Positions 39,410 through 48,890 of a stretch of DNA of 64,000 nt are shown piece after piece. Position 1 is the first letter of the stretch; each line of letters begins with the position of its first letter. The stretch is from Promethearchaeota archaeon (GTDB taxonomy: Archaea; Asgardarchaeota; Lokiarchaeia; Sigyniarchaeales; SOKP01): positions 1-64,000 of the forward strand of contig JBHLON010000002.1 in NCBI GenBank assembly GCA_048940445.1. Reading direction: 5' to 3'. Under the pieces are notes generated by a model. That model did no database searches and was not told where the DNA came from. It worked only from the letters and a program-made list of their open reading frames with translations. The position numbers and the translations under genes were made by a program.

Positions 39410-41521
39410 ATGGAAAAAAAACGAATAGCTATATTATTGATAATTTGTATGTCTTTTAGCGCGATTCCGCTTGGACTCTTTGGTTTTGTTGTTGCAAAAC
39501 CTGCCGTTTCTTATCCCGATTATCAAGCAGTAGATTGGCAAAGTGGTCTAGCTGGGGATATAAATATGCCAGATATAGCTGATACAACTTTTAAAACGTC
39601 TATGGCACAACCTCATACTGCTGCTGCACCAGAGGTAGGTGATGTTGTATATGATTGGTATTTGTCAGCAATACAAGATAATCCTTACATGACACTTAGG
39701 GCAATTGTAGGAAATGCTGAAGTTTGGGTTGCCAACGACTTAAGTTATCCAGATGGAGACCCAAGAAATGCTGATATCTTTAATTTAAATATCACAGATG
39801 CGATGTGTGAATATTTAGCTGCTCAATTTAATGATGTGATCTATCCGGCAGATACTAATTATTTTGGAATGCCTGAAGATAGGGATGGTACAAATACCAT
39901 TTTTGAACAGATTGATGGAACTAGCTTTCCTCCATATACCTACGATTGGATAAATGCAACCGATAATCCACAACGTACGATTATAAAAGTATTTAATATT
40001 CAGGATGCGAATTACTATGATCCAACTTATCCTTATTTTGTAATTGGTTTCTTTAGTTCTGGATATGATAATTATTATAATCGAAATATGATTCATATTG
40101 ATTGTTGGCAATGGTGGAGACGAGTAGGTGATTTAGGTCAATCATGGTTTCCGGATTATCCTGATAAGGTTGTGGAAGAAGGTCATGCACATGATTATGA
40201 ATCAACAATAGCTCATGAATATCAACATTTAATTCATCATGATTGGAACCCAAATGATGATGCATTCATGAATGAAGGGTGCAGTATGTATGCTGAATTC
40301 GTAACTGGTTACGGGATCGCTGATAACTACTTCAACAGTTATTTTGCTACACCAGATAATTCATTGACAATATGGGGTGATCAAGGAGATATCAATATTC
40401 TCGCTGATTATGGTGTTGCAGCTTTATGGACGATGTACTTAAGTGACCATTACGGTGGTGCTGATATTATACGTGATTTTGTTCAAGCTGGAATACCTGG
40501 AATTGATGGAATTAATGCTGCTCTAGCTGATAGGGGGTATAAAAGATCAAATTTCTATACTGTATATCATGATTGGAGACTGGCGAATTTAATCCGCGCT
40601 AGTCATGGAAAATATGGTTATGATAACGTTGATTTTACCAATTTGGATCCAATACGTATATATGATGTATCTGGATTACCCGTACCATCAACTAGTGGAG
40701 CTCAAGGATTTGGAAGTACACATACTATACTAGATTATGATACTGGAGTCTCTATGCTTGGTCCTTTTGGAAGTGATTATATACAATTCAGTGATTGGAA
40801 CAAGCCAGGATGGTTCTACTTTAATGGAGATGATCAAGCTTATTTAGGATGGCAACCAATAGCTGATGGATTTTGGTCTGCTTTTGGGGATGAACAAGAC
40901 AAGTCACTTACCGGTGAGGCATTTGTAGATCCAGCTAACCCAACTCTTGAACTTATAACAAAATATAGTATCGAACCGTATTGGGATTTTGGCTTTATAC
41001 AAGCATTTAATGAAACTTCTGGTGAATGGGTGTCCCTCGCAAACGAATATACAACATACGATCATGATCCTTCTGCTTATCCTGCTATTGTAGCAGAACT
41101 TCCAGGTTTGACAGGACAAAGCCCTGGTTGGGCTTCAGATGAATGGACAACGATGGAATTTGACCTATCCTATTGGGCTGGTCAAACTGTACAACTTAAT
41201 TTTAGATATATGACAGACTGGTCTACAACTGCTGCTGGCTGGTATATTAATCAAGCAAGCGTAAGTGGTACTCCAGTAGCTTTGACTTATGAATCAGGTG
41301 CGGCTGATTTCATGGTAACTGTAGTGCAAGTTATTCATACACGTTGGTTTAACCTGTATCTCCCATGGGATTTAAAGCTTAATGATGCTACAAACACGGG
41401 GCTTTTCTTAGGAATAGCTCATAAGCATTTTGACTTCATAGTAGTAGTGAGTCCAACTATGCTAACTGGTTTTACAGATTATTCTTTTCAAGCACAAAAG
41501 TTAAAATGGCATTGTCATTAA
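39410..41521 (+). CDS. secreted zinc metalloprotease (M30/immune inhibitor A-like)
   Basis: N-terminal signal/anchor, AHEYQHLIH, FMNEGCS, C-terminal InhA-like beta domain (IEPYWDFG, FDLSYWAGQ, FRYMTD). Confidence 0.85.
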   Translation: MEKKRIAILLIICMSFSAIPLGLFGFVVAKPAVSYPDYQAVDWQSGLAGDINMPDIADTTFKTSMAQPHTAAAPEVGDVVYDWYLSAIQDNPYMTLRAIVGNAEVWVANDLSYPDGDPRNADIFNLNITDAMCEYLAAQFNDVIYPADTNYFGMPEDRDGTNTIFEQIDGTSFPPYTYDWINATDNPQRTIIKVFNIQDANYYDPTYPYFVIGFFSSGYDNYYNRNMIHIDCWQWWRRVGDLGQSWFPDYPDKVVEEGHAHDYESTIAHEYQHLIHHDWNPNDDAFMNEGCSMYAEFVTGYGIADNYFNSYFATPDNSLTIWGDQGDINILADYGVAALWTMYLSDHYGGADIIRDFVQAGIPGIDGINAALADRGYKRSNFYTVYHDWRLANLIRASHGKYGYDNVDFTNLDPIRIYDVSGLPVPSTSGAQGFGSTHTILDYDTGVSMLGPFGSDYIQFSDWNKPGWFYFNGDDQAYLGWQPIADGFWSAFGDEQDKSLTGEAFVDPANPTLELITKYSIEPYWDFGFIQAFNETSGEWVSLANEYTTYDHDPSAYPAIVAELPGLTGQSPGWASDEWTTMEFDLSYWAGQTVQLNFRYMTDWSTTAAGWYINQASVSGTPVALTYESGAADFMVTVVQVIHTRWFNLYLPWDLKLNDATNTGLFLGIAHKHFDFIVVVSPTMLTGFTDYSFQAQKLKWHCH

Positions 41522-41535
41522 ACAATAAATTCAAA

Positions 41536-41550
41536 TTTTTTTTTTATTTT
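41536..41550 (+). terminator. archaeal oligo-T terminator
   Basis: T10 run starting 15 nt after the stop codon. Confidence 0.6.
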
Positions 41551-41608
41551 ATTATATTCGCTATTTTTAATACCTTTCTACATGACTTAATATAAAATTT
41601 TTACGACG

Positions 41609-41815
41609 AGACTGGAGAGTCTAGATTTGCTTCAAGATGTATAATAGTTAACCGGTTTAAAGTTAGCTAGACTTTCTTGAGAGAGGGAATTAATAAGTTT
41701 AAAACAAGAATATTTACTTCATTGAATTGCTCTGAAATCCCCATTATGAAGTAAGTTTCGCTTTAAAAATGAGATATATATTGGAGATTATTATTAGAAG
41801 CTCTAATCTTTTTTT
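41609..41815 (+). ncRNA. candidate structured RNA between the protease paralogs
   Basis: GAGAGTCTAG/CTAGACTTTC (41615-24/41667-76), TTACTTCAT/ATGAAGTAA within 41708-41759, ATTAGA/TCTAAT followed by T7; TATA-like box at 41587-41596. Confidence 0.35.
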
Positions 41816-41897
41816 AATAAAATTCCAGAAGTTTTAAATTTAAGTTTTTATTTTTAGAATATTTAAAATGACTTTAGTTTATTCTTGACAATATTAT

Positions 41898-42037
41898 AAA
41901 ACTTATAAGTTTTCGAATCTAATTCTCAAATACACAATTTAGCGAAAGTTCCTTGAAAATTCATTTAATTTCAAGAATTCTAATTTGTGTTCAAAATGAA
42001 GATTTAAAAATGAAAAAGAATGCATTTTTTGAATGCA
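41898..42037 (+). promoter_or_regulatory. palindromic TATA element and 5' leader hairpins of second metalloprotease gene
   Basis: Perfect 16-bp palindrome AAAACTTATAAGTTTT (41898-41913); stem ACACAA/TTGTGT, TTAG/CTAA, CTTGAAA/TTTCAAG (41932-41990); TGCATT/AATGCA (42021-42037). Confidence 0.5.
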
Positions 42038-42079
42038 AAGTGAAAAAATCTATAACAAATTAAAAAAAGAGATGGAAAA

Positions 42080-44215
42080 ATGAGAAAAAAATCATTTGTT
42101 TTGTTATTAGCAACATTCTTAACTTTAAATAGCGCTACTTTTGGATTTCTATTAATTCCAACCACAGCTAAAATTGTTAATGAATTACCAGAATATATTC
42201 CTGTGGATTGGGATAGTGGACTTGCAGGTGAAGTTAAAATGCCCGAACTAGACTTGGACTCTTTAGGAACAGCGGAAACTGGTTTAGGATCATCCGCTCT
42301 CCCTATAGGAACTACTGTATGGGATTGGTATATCGGATCAGTAACAGGTAATCCTTACATGACACTTAGAGCAACTTCTACGTATGCTGAAGTATGGGTT
42401 GCTGAAAGTCTTGAATTTCCAGCGGGGGATCCGAGAAATTCTGATCCGAGAAATTATTTGGTTACTGATGAAATGGCTCAATATTTAGCTGAACAATTTG
42501 ACTCGTTTATCTATGAGAATTGTGTTAACTATTTCGGTGCTCCTTTTGATAGAGATGGGAGTGATACACTTTTTGAGGCAGTTTGGCCTACACTTCCAGA
42601 GAGATGGGATTGGATAGCATCAGAAAATCCTCAAAGGGTCATATTGAAAGTTTTAAATATAAGGGATACTAACTACTATAATGCATCTTATCCATACTAT
42701 ACAATTGGCTTTTATAATGTGTTGTATACCGGTACCTATTATAATAGGAATATGATCCATATTGACTGCTGGCAGTGGTTTGATAATTTGGGTCCTGATG
42801 GATATAATTGGTATCCAGATACTGAGGTAACAGACGCTTATTCGATTGAATCAGCAACAGCTCATGAATTTCAACATAATATTCATAGAGATTGGCAACC
42901 TCACCCTGAAGCTTTTATGAATGAAGGTTGTTCTATGGCTGCTGAATTTCTATCTGGATATCCTTACCCATGGAGTTATGTACCTTATTTCTTAGCAACT
43001 CCAGATAACTCTCTCATTGAATGGGGTGATCAATCTGATAATAACATTTTAGCAGATTATGCTCATTCTTTGATGTGGTGTACATATTTAGCGGATCATT
43101 ATGGTCCAGAATTTTTAACCCAATATGTACAATCAGGCATAGCAGGTATAGAAGGTATTAATGCTGCTCTTGATTATTTGGGTTACACCGAATCTTTTGA
43201 TGATATATTCCACGATTGGAGAATTGCGAATTTAATACATTCAGACTATCCGGGAAAAGGCAGATATAACTATAAATCAATTGATTTAGGTGAGTTTTTA
43301 GCAGGCGATTTTACCTGGGAAATACCAAGAATTTATGAAGTAGGGGGAAGAACTGTACCTTGGACTTATGGTTCAGATTTTGGGAATACAGTTGTTTACA
43401 ATGGATTATTTGTACTAAATAATATTAATATTGGGTCTTATGGTACTGATTATATTTCTCTTACCGACTTAAGAGGGCTAAATCTGGTCTTATTTGATGG
43501 TGATAAGGGAGCTACTACTCCAGGATGGGAATATGGCGTTTTTGAATCATTTGAAGCATATGGTGAGGTATGGTATTCTCAGGCCCAAGATCTTATGAAT
43601 GCTTTAATCGCAACTGAAGTTTTTGTAGATCCCCTTGATCCTTACTTATACCTTACTACATATTGGGATATTGAAGATTACTGGGATTTCGGGTTTGTTC
43701 AAGTTTCAACTGATGGAGGAAATTGGGATTCAACTTGGACATCTTTAGAAAATGAGTATACTACCTACGATCATGACCCAAGTGCTATTAGTTGGGCAAT
43801 AGAAAATCTTCCAGGACTTACAGGGATAAGTGAGCCAGTTGTAGAAATGACTTTCGATCTCTCTGCGTATGCAGGAGAAACGATTCACCTTGGTTTCCGT
43901 TTTGTCACAGACTGGGGAACTTATTACGAAGGCTGGTATCTTCTAGAAGGAACAGTTGGAACTACTGATATTCTACCTACTCTTGAACATGTATATCCAA
44001 GTGTCAATTGGATGGTTAGTCTTGTTGAAAGAAAAACCCTCCCAAAAGGACGAGTAAGTTATAATGTTCATGATATGCATATGTGCGATAATTGGGGAAT
44101 AGACTTTACTTGTGTTAATCATCTAGAAGACATTATCCTAGTTATAAGCCCTATAATGGATATAGGTGTCGCAGACTACCATTTTAGAACATTTCATCCT
44201 TGGTGTAAGAAATAA
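42080..44215 (+). CDS. secreted zinc metalloprotease (M30/immune inhibitor A-like), paralog of 39410..41521
   Basis: Signal/anchor, AHEFQHNIH, FMNEGCS; colinear similarity to the upstream gene. Confidence 0.85.
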   Translation: MRKKSFVLLLATFLTLNSATFGFLLIPTTAKIVNELPEYIPVDWDSGLAGEVKMPELDLDSLGTAETGLGSSALPIGTTVWDWYIGSVTGNPYMTLRATSTYAEVWVAESLEFPAGDPRNSDPRNYLVTDEMAQYLAEQFDSFIYENCVNYFGAPFDRDGSDTLFEAVWPTLPERWDWIASENPQRVILKVLNIRDTNYYNASYPYYTIGFYNVLYTGTYYNRNMIHIDCWQWFDNLGPDGYNWYPDTEVTDAYSIESATAHEFQHNIHRDWQPHPEAFMNEGCSMAAEFLSGYPYPWSYVPYFLATPDNSLIEWGDQSDNNILADYAHSLMWCTYLADHYGPEFLTQYVQSGIAGIEGINAALDYLGYTESFDDIFHDWRIANLIHSDYPGKGRYNYKSIDLGEFLAGDFTWEIPRIYEVGGRTVPWTYGSDFGNTVVYNGLFVLNNINIGSYGTDYISLTDLRGLNLVLFDGDKGATTPGWEYGVFESFEAYGEVWYSQAQDLMNALIATEVFVDPLDPYLYLTTYWDIEDYWDFGFVQVSTDGGNWDSTWTSLENEYTTYDHDPSAISWAIENLPGLTGISEPVVEMTFDLSAYAGETIHLGFRFVTDWGTYYEGWYLLEGTVGTTDILPTLEHVYPSVNWMVSLVERKTLPKGRVSYNVHDMHMCDNWGIDFTCVNHLEDIILVISPIMDIGVADYHFRTFHPWCKK

Positions 44216-44247
44216 AATCATGACTACGTTTTGAAATAATAATTAAA

Positions 44248-44259
44248 TTTTTTTTTTTT
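44248..44259 (+). terminator. archaeal oligo-T terminator
   Basis: T12 run between convergent genes. Confidence 0.6.
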
Positions 44260-44278
44260 AAAATTAAGTAAAATAAGA

Positions 44279-45112
44279 TCATGCTTTATGGATTAAAGTC
44301 GCTATTTTTAACTTTAGGCCATCTTCAGCAGCAACAATATTTTTGATTAATGTTTTATTTCTTAATTTCTCAATCTGGCTTGGAATAAAGTTTTTGGATG
44401 ATAAATACGAATCCATGTAAGCTCCAAAATGGGTAATGATTAATGCATCTAAATTTGGTTGTATTTTATTCAAATAAGGAATGACTTCATCAGTACATAA
44501 ATGTCGTCGGCAGGTAATTGAATCAGGTCTTAATAAGTTTAAAATAAGAATGTTTACTCCATTAAATTGTTCCGAAAAGCCATCAAATACCATTGTATCA
44601 CTTGTAAATGCTATAGAATAATCTTCTAGATTAAATCTAACGCCAAAACCCTCCATATCAGTAGAATGAACGACTTTTGTGGCTAAAATCTCTGCATCGT
44701 TATATACATACTTATCCCCAATCCTAAAAACTTCTACTTTTTTCAACATATTTATGTGATACTCAGAGATGAATTTCAAAACATCCTTAGTGGTGATTAA
44801 AATCCCCTTTTTGTAATAATGATAATGTTTATCATGTAAAATCTCCCTTGAACTTTCAATTAAAGCTGCTAAGTCATTATAATGATCGACATGGGCATGT
44901 GTTACAATAAATAAATCAGTCTTAGTTGGATCCTCTCCAAATTGATTAATTCGTACAATGGCACCAGGACCAGGATCTATGTGTGCTTGAGATCCATTAA
45001 ACTTATATAAAATTCCTCCTGTAGCTCTGTATTGAGTTCTGATATGGTGTCTCCCTCCACCAGATCCAAGAAAAACTATTTCATCATCCATCATATTTAG
45101 AATTAGAATCAA
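44279..45112 (-). CDS. MBL-fold metallo-hydrolase (RNase Z/PhnP-like)
   Basis: FLGSGGGR, IDPGPG, THAHVDH, TSDT, RHL, ITHFG. Confidence 0.85.
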   Translation of the reverse strand: MILILNMMDDEIVFLGSGGGRHHIRTQYRATGGILYKFNGSQAHIDPGPGAIVRINQFGEDPTKTDLFIVTHAHVDHYNDLAALIESSREILHDKHYHYYKKGILITTKDVLKFISEYHINMLKKVEVFRIGDKYVYNDAEILATKVVHSTDMEGFGVRFNLEDYSIAFTSDTMVFDGFSEQFNGVNILILNLLRPDSITCRRHLCTDEVIPYLNKIQPNLDALIITHFGAYMDSYLSSKNFIPSQIEKLRNKTLIKNIVAAEDGLKLKIATLIHKA

Positions 45113-45143
45113 ACTTGTTATGAGAATAAATTATTCATTTAAT

Positions 45144-45668
45144 CTAATATTTTCTTTTTCTCATTAATTCTTTTGCGATTGATTCAAACACGAAATTAAC
45201 ATTATGACCTGTTTTTGAAGAGGTTTTGATAAAATCTAACATATTAAAAGTATTTTTAATATCTAAAGCAGTATCATCATCCATACTAATAGCATCTTTA
45301 AGGTCCAATTTTGTTCCAACGAGCATGATAGGAAGATCTATATCATGTAATCTGATTAAATTAACCCAGTTTAGTATATTACTCATTTGAGGCATTTTGG
45401 TAAGATCTGTTAGAAGGAGAGCGCCTCTTGCACCCATAACGAAATTACCAAGTAAATGTCTAAATCTCTCTTGACCACCTAAATCCCATAACTGTAATGA
45501 ACAATTTCCAGTATCTAGGGAAATTTCCTTAAGAAAAAAGTCGACACCAATTGTAGCTATTGTGGATTCATCAAAAATTCCGTCTACATATCTCCTCAAT
45601 AAAGTTGTCTTACCAACTCCGCCATCTCCTGCTACAAGCAATTTAAATACAAAATTTCTCAGTGTCAT
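45144..45668 (-). CDS. Rab-like small GTPase
   Basis: GDGGVGKT, TIGVDF, WDLGGQERF, GTKLD, TSSKTG; no C-terminal Cys prenylation motif. Confidence 0.92.
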   Translation of the reverse strand: MTLRNFVFKLLVAGDGGVGKTTLLRRYVDGIFDESTIATIGVDFFLKEISLDTGNCSLQLWDLGGQERFRHLLGNFVMGARGALLLTDLTKMPQMSNILNWVNLIRLHDIDLPIMLVGTKLDLKDAISMDDDTALDIKNTFNMLDFIKTSSKTGHNVNFVFESIAKELMRKRKY

Positions 45669-45763
45669 TTTACAATAACAATTTTGGGATGCAATAAAAT
45701 GTATTTAATATATTACAAAAAAATTAACAATTTTATATTTTAATATAATATTTGCTACTTATT

Positions 45764-48016
45764 TTAAGATTGGAATTCCTTGATCACAAAATTATCAATT
45801 TTAGTGAGGATAGGTTTCAATTCTTTCTCAATGATCTTTTGTAATTTTATTTTTGAAGGAATTTGATGTGTAGTTTTAATTATATTGTTAAAAGTGCTCT
45901 CAGCAATAAGTTGGCCCTTCTTACCTAAATTCGCGATGATATTATGATTCTTATCATTTATATTAAACTTTTTTATAGGACATTCAAACGGAATTTTAAA
46001 TATATGCCTTGTACTCTTTTTAATTCTAACTTGGTTGTTGATTAAAGGTGAATTCAGAATAGCTGTTAAATAATAAGCTTCCTCAAGAGATTTTGCATCA
46101 TAGAAACTCAAATCTCCAGTAATTATATAGTCTCCTTGAATAATTGCTGAATTTAGAACGGATCCAGAATTATTATATACAACTTTTATTTTAGCTTTTT
46201 GGCGGCTATTGATCAATTTGGACCAACGATTCAGATTATCCATTAATGAATTATTATTTGTTGTTTCTTTTTTATAATTCAAATAAATTTGATTGATCTT
46301 ATCATAAAAAGCTTTAGAATTTTCACTTAACCTATCATAATTGAAGCTTAGATCCTTCTTTGATAGTGGTAAGAAAACATAATAAAAATTATATACTAAA
46401 AATCTAACTAATTCCGTGCTTTTTACAACTTTAAAAATATTATCATTCTCAATTACCTCATCCTTAAATTCAAAATCATTCCAAGGTGATTTTGCTCTTT
46501 TAAAGATATTTGGGTCTGGATTAATTTTAACTAAGGAATCATTAAGTTTTTCACATTGGACAAAGATCAGATTCCGAGGATTTAAATCTGCTCCTTTATG
46601 AAATAACTTTTTATAATCACTGGGCTTAAAAGGCAATAAATTTCGAAATTCCCCTTTAGATACTAATTTTTGAACATAAGTTTTATTTCCTTTTCTTTCG
46701 ATATGATAAGGTATAAAGTTCTCCACATTTTTAAATCTTAATTTAAAGTCTTGAAAATAGGTAATATTGGCATTTCTTTTTATACCAAAATAGTAAACAG
46801 GAATCTCAAGTGGTTCATTCACTGCCTCAGAATTCGAATTTTCAGCATATAAGCAAATAAAATCAATATTGAATATTTTTTCAATTTTTGAGTCGAACTT
46901 CCAAATTTCTAAATTTTTAAATCCATAGAAGTTACGAAAACGCGATGCATGAGACCCATTAATGATTCCTTTAGTTATTACAAAAAAGATTTTGGCATTT
47001 TTCTTCATATAACTTTTGGCTTTATAGAAAAATAATGATGAAATTTCAATGTTTAAAACATTCTTTGGACTCGGCTTGATATTTAACTTTTCTGCTAAAT
47101 CTTTTATCTTATTCTGATATATAATTGATCCTATATCTCTTAAAGTGTACCAAGGTGGATTACCAATTACCAAATCAAATCTTTCTCCAGAATTGGAATC
47201 TTTTTCTAAAAACAACGAATCCTTTACAAATAAATTTAATTTAATTATTGATATCTTGATTCGCAATAACAAGAAAAAATTAAGTTTTGCTATAAATATA
47301 GAAATGGGGTTAATATCATACCCATATAATCTACTTATTGCCAAATTTTTTTCATTTTCTGTTTTATTTGAATATAGGATACTTTTTAAGATCTCTATTA
47401 AGAAGTTAGCAGTACCGCAACTTGGATCAAGTACAAAATCTCCGAATCGATATGTAGAGTCAACCATCTTTTTTGTTAAAAACATTGGAGTATAATATTC
47501 TCCTGATTTATGCCTTATGAGACCTGAAATAAACTTTTGGATAATAACATTAAAAAAATATTCTTGTGGTATCTTCAATGAAAATAAATCTCTTTCGATA
47601 AAAGTTAAAAAATCTTCGTAAGTAACATTGGTTAATTCTTCTAAAATTTCAAAAAAAGGAATAAAGTAATCATCTGAAAGAAAAATATCTTTCTGATATT
47701 CGGTTTTAATTTTTTTTCTTACCACTTCAAACTTTTCTATTGTAAATTTCTCAAGATGAGCGAAACTCTTTTCACTTAATATAAACTTTAAAATAAAAAA
47801 ATAACCAATGCAATATATTAAACCCAGTAAAAGATATAAACGTAAATTTGTAGATTCTTTCCCATATATTTGTGTGAAACATTTTTGCCATTTAATATAT
47901 TCTCCTGTATTTCGAATATTTTTGAATTCTGATATTTCTTCAAGCTCCTTTAATAATTTTCTGATATATTTAAGGTGGGAATCCAAATTATTATCAAAAC
48001 TTGAAATGTTAACCAT
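45764..48016 (-). CDS. N6-adenine DNA methyltransferase with C-terminal target-recognition region (Type IIG-like, no evident nuclease)
   Basis: GEYYTP, DPSCGTANF, GYDINP, IGNPPW, YLTAILNS. Confidence 0.85.
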   Translation of the reverse strand: MVNISSFDNNLDSHLKYIRKLLKELEEISEFKNIRNTGEYIKWQKCFTQIYGKESTNLRLYLLLGLIYCIGYFFILKFILSEKSFAHLEKFTIEKFEVVRKKIKTEYQKDIFLSDDYFIPFFEILEELTNVTYEDFLTFIERDLFSLKIPQEYFFNVIIQKFISGLIRHKSGEYYTPMFLTKKMVDSTYRFGDFVLDPSCGTANFLIEILKSILYSNKTENEKNLAISRLYGYDINPISIFIAKLNFFLLLRIKISIIKLNLFVKDSLFLEKDSNSGERFDLVIGNPPWYTLRDIGSIIYQNKIKDLAEKLNIKPSPKNVLNIEISSLFFYKAKSYMKKNAKIFFVITKGIINGSHASRFRNFYGFKNLEIWKFDSKIEKIFNIDFICLYAENSNSEAVNEPLEIPVYYFGIKRNANITYFQDFKLRFKNVENFIPYHIERKGNKTYVQKLVSKGEFRNLLPFKPSDYKKLFHKGADLNPRNLIFVQCEKLNDSLVKINPDPNIFKRAKSPWNDFEFKDEVIENDNIFKVVKSTELVRFLVYNFYYVFLPLSKKDLSFNYDRLSENSKAFYDKINQIYLNYKKETTNNNSLMDNLNRWSKLINSRQKAKIKVVYNNSGSVLNSAIIQGDYIITGDLSFYDAKSLEEAYYLTAILNSPLINNQVRIKKSTRHIFKIPFECPIKKFNINDKNHNIIANLGKKGQLIAESTFNNIIKTTHQIPSKIKLQKIIEKELKPILTKIDNFVIKEFQS

Positions 48017-48122
48017 TTGTTTAATTCCTAATTTTATAAATTAGCAATGATTTAATATTTAATTTTAAATTTATTTTTCCTATATTTATTTATTAATTAA
48101 TATTATATGAAATATACTTCGA

Positions 48123-48725
48123 TTGAAATCTACAGAGATTAAGGTTTCTAAATTTTTGGAAAATGGTATTGAATTCTCTTGTCAAATGTGTGGAGATTGC
48201 TGTAGAGGGTTAAAAGAGGGTGAAGTTTATCTTTTTAAAGATGATATACAGCGATTAGCTAATTTCCTTGATTTGAAAGGAGAACAAGGATATCGAGAGT
48301 TTGCAAGAACCTATCTGAAAGTGATTGAAGACTCTTTTTATTGGAGGGCCCCAGAAGAAACAAGAGGAAAAACATATAAATTTAAAACTCTCGCATTTAA
48401 ATTTACAGGAAAGGATGAGCATTGTCATTTCTTAAAAGATAATTTTTGTAATGTCCATCATGCTCGTCCATTTCAATGCAGATGTTTTCCTTTTTGGAAA
48501 ATGATGGTTACAAACAAGAAAAACCTACTTAATTACTCAAAAAAATGCAAAGGACTACAATTATTAAAAGGACGTTATTACTCTAAGGAAGAAATTTTAG
48601 AATGGGCCAAAAAAGAATATAAAATAGAGAAGGAATATTTTCTGGAGATGAAAATCCATAATTTCAATATCTTAAAAGTATATCCCTTTCTTACGAAAAA
48701 AATAGTAGAAGATTTAGAGCTATGA
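48123..48725 (+). CDS. YkgJ family cysteine-cluster (CxxCxxCC) protein
   Basis: FSCQMCGDCC, CHFL...C...RPFQCRCFPFW. Confidence 0.88.
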   Translation: MKSTEIKVSKFLENGIEFSCQMCGDCCRGLKEGEVYLFKDDIQRLANFLDLKGEQGYREFARTYLKVIEDSFYWRAPEETRGKTYKFKTLAFKFTGKDEHCHFLKDNFCNVHHARPFQCRCFPFWKMMVTNKKNLLNYSKKCKGLQLLKGRYYSKEEILEWAKKEYKIEKEYFLEMKIHNFNILKVYPFLTKKIVEDLEL

Positions 48726-48890
48726 TGATATTATTTATTCTTATTAATAAGTAATAAGCAACAATCTAGATTTTTTTATATTTGGGAAAAGTTAAAATTA
48801 ATTTATTTAACTTATTAGCAATAATTAAGAAACTTAAATTTTTATATATTATAAGTTTGCGTAAATTCATTCCTTGTAGGTGGTTTTAAA

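Noticed and set aside
41600-41745. Amber read-through of a short minus-strand ORF (MGISEQF...KKV*LTLNR...)
   Set aside because: Short, no recognisable motif and no pyrrolysine genes in the window
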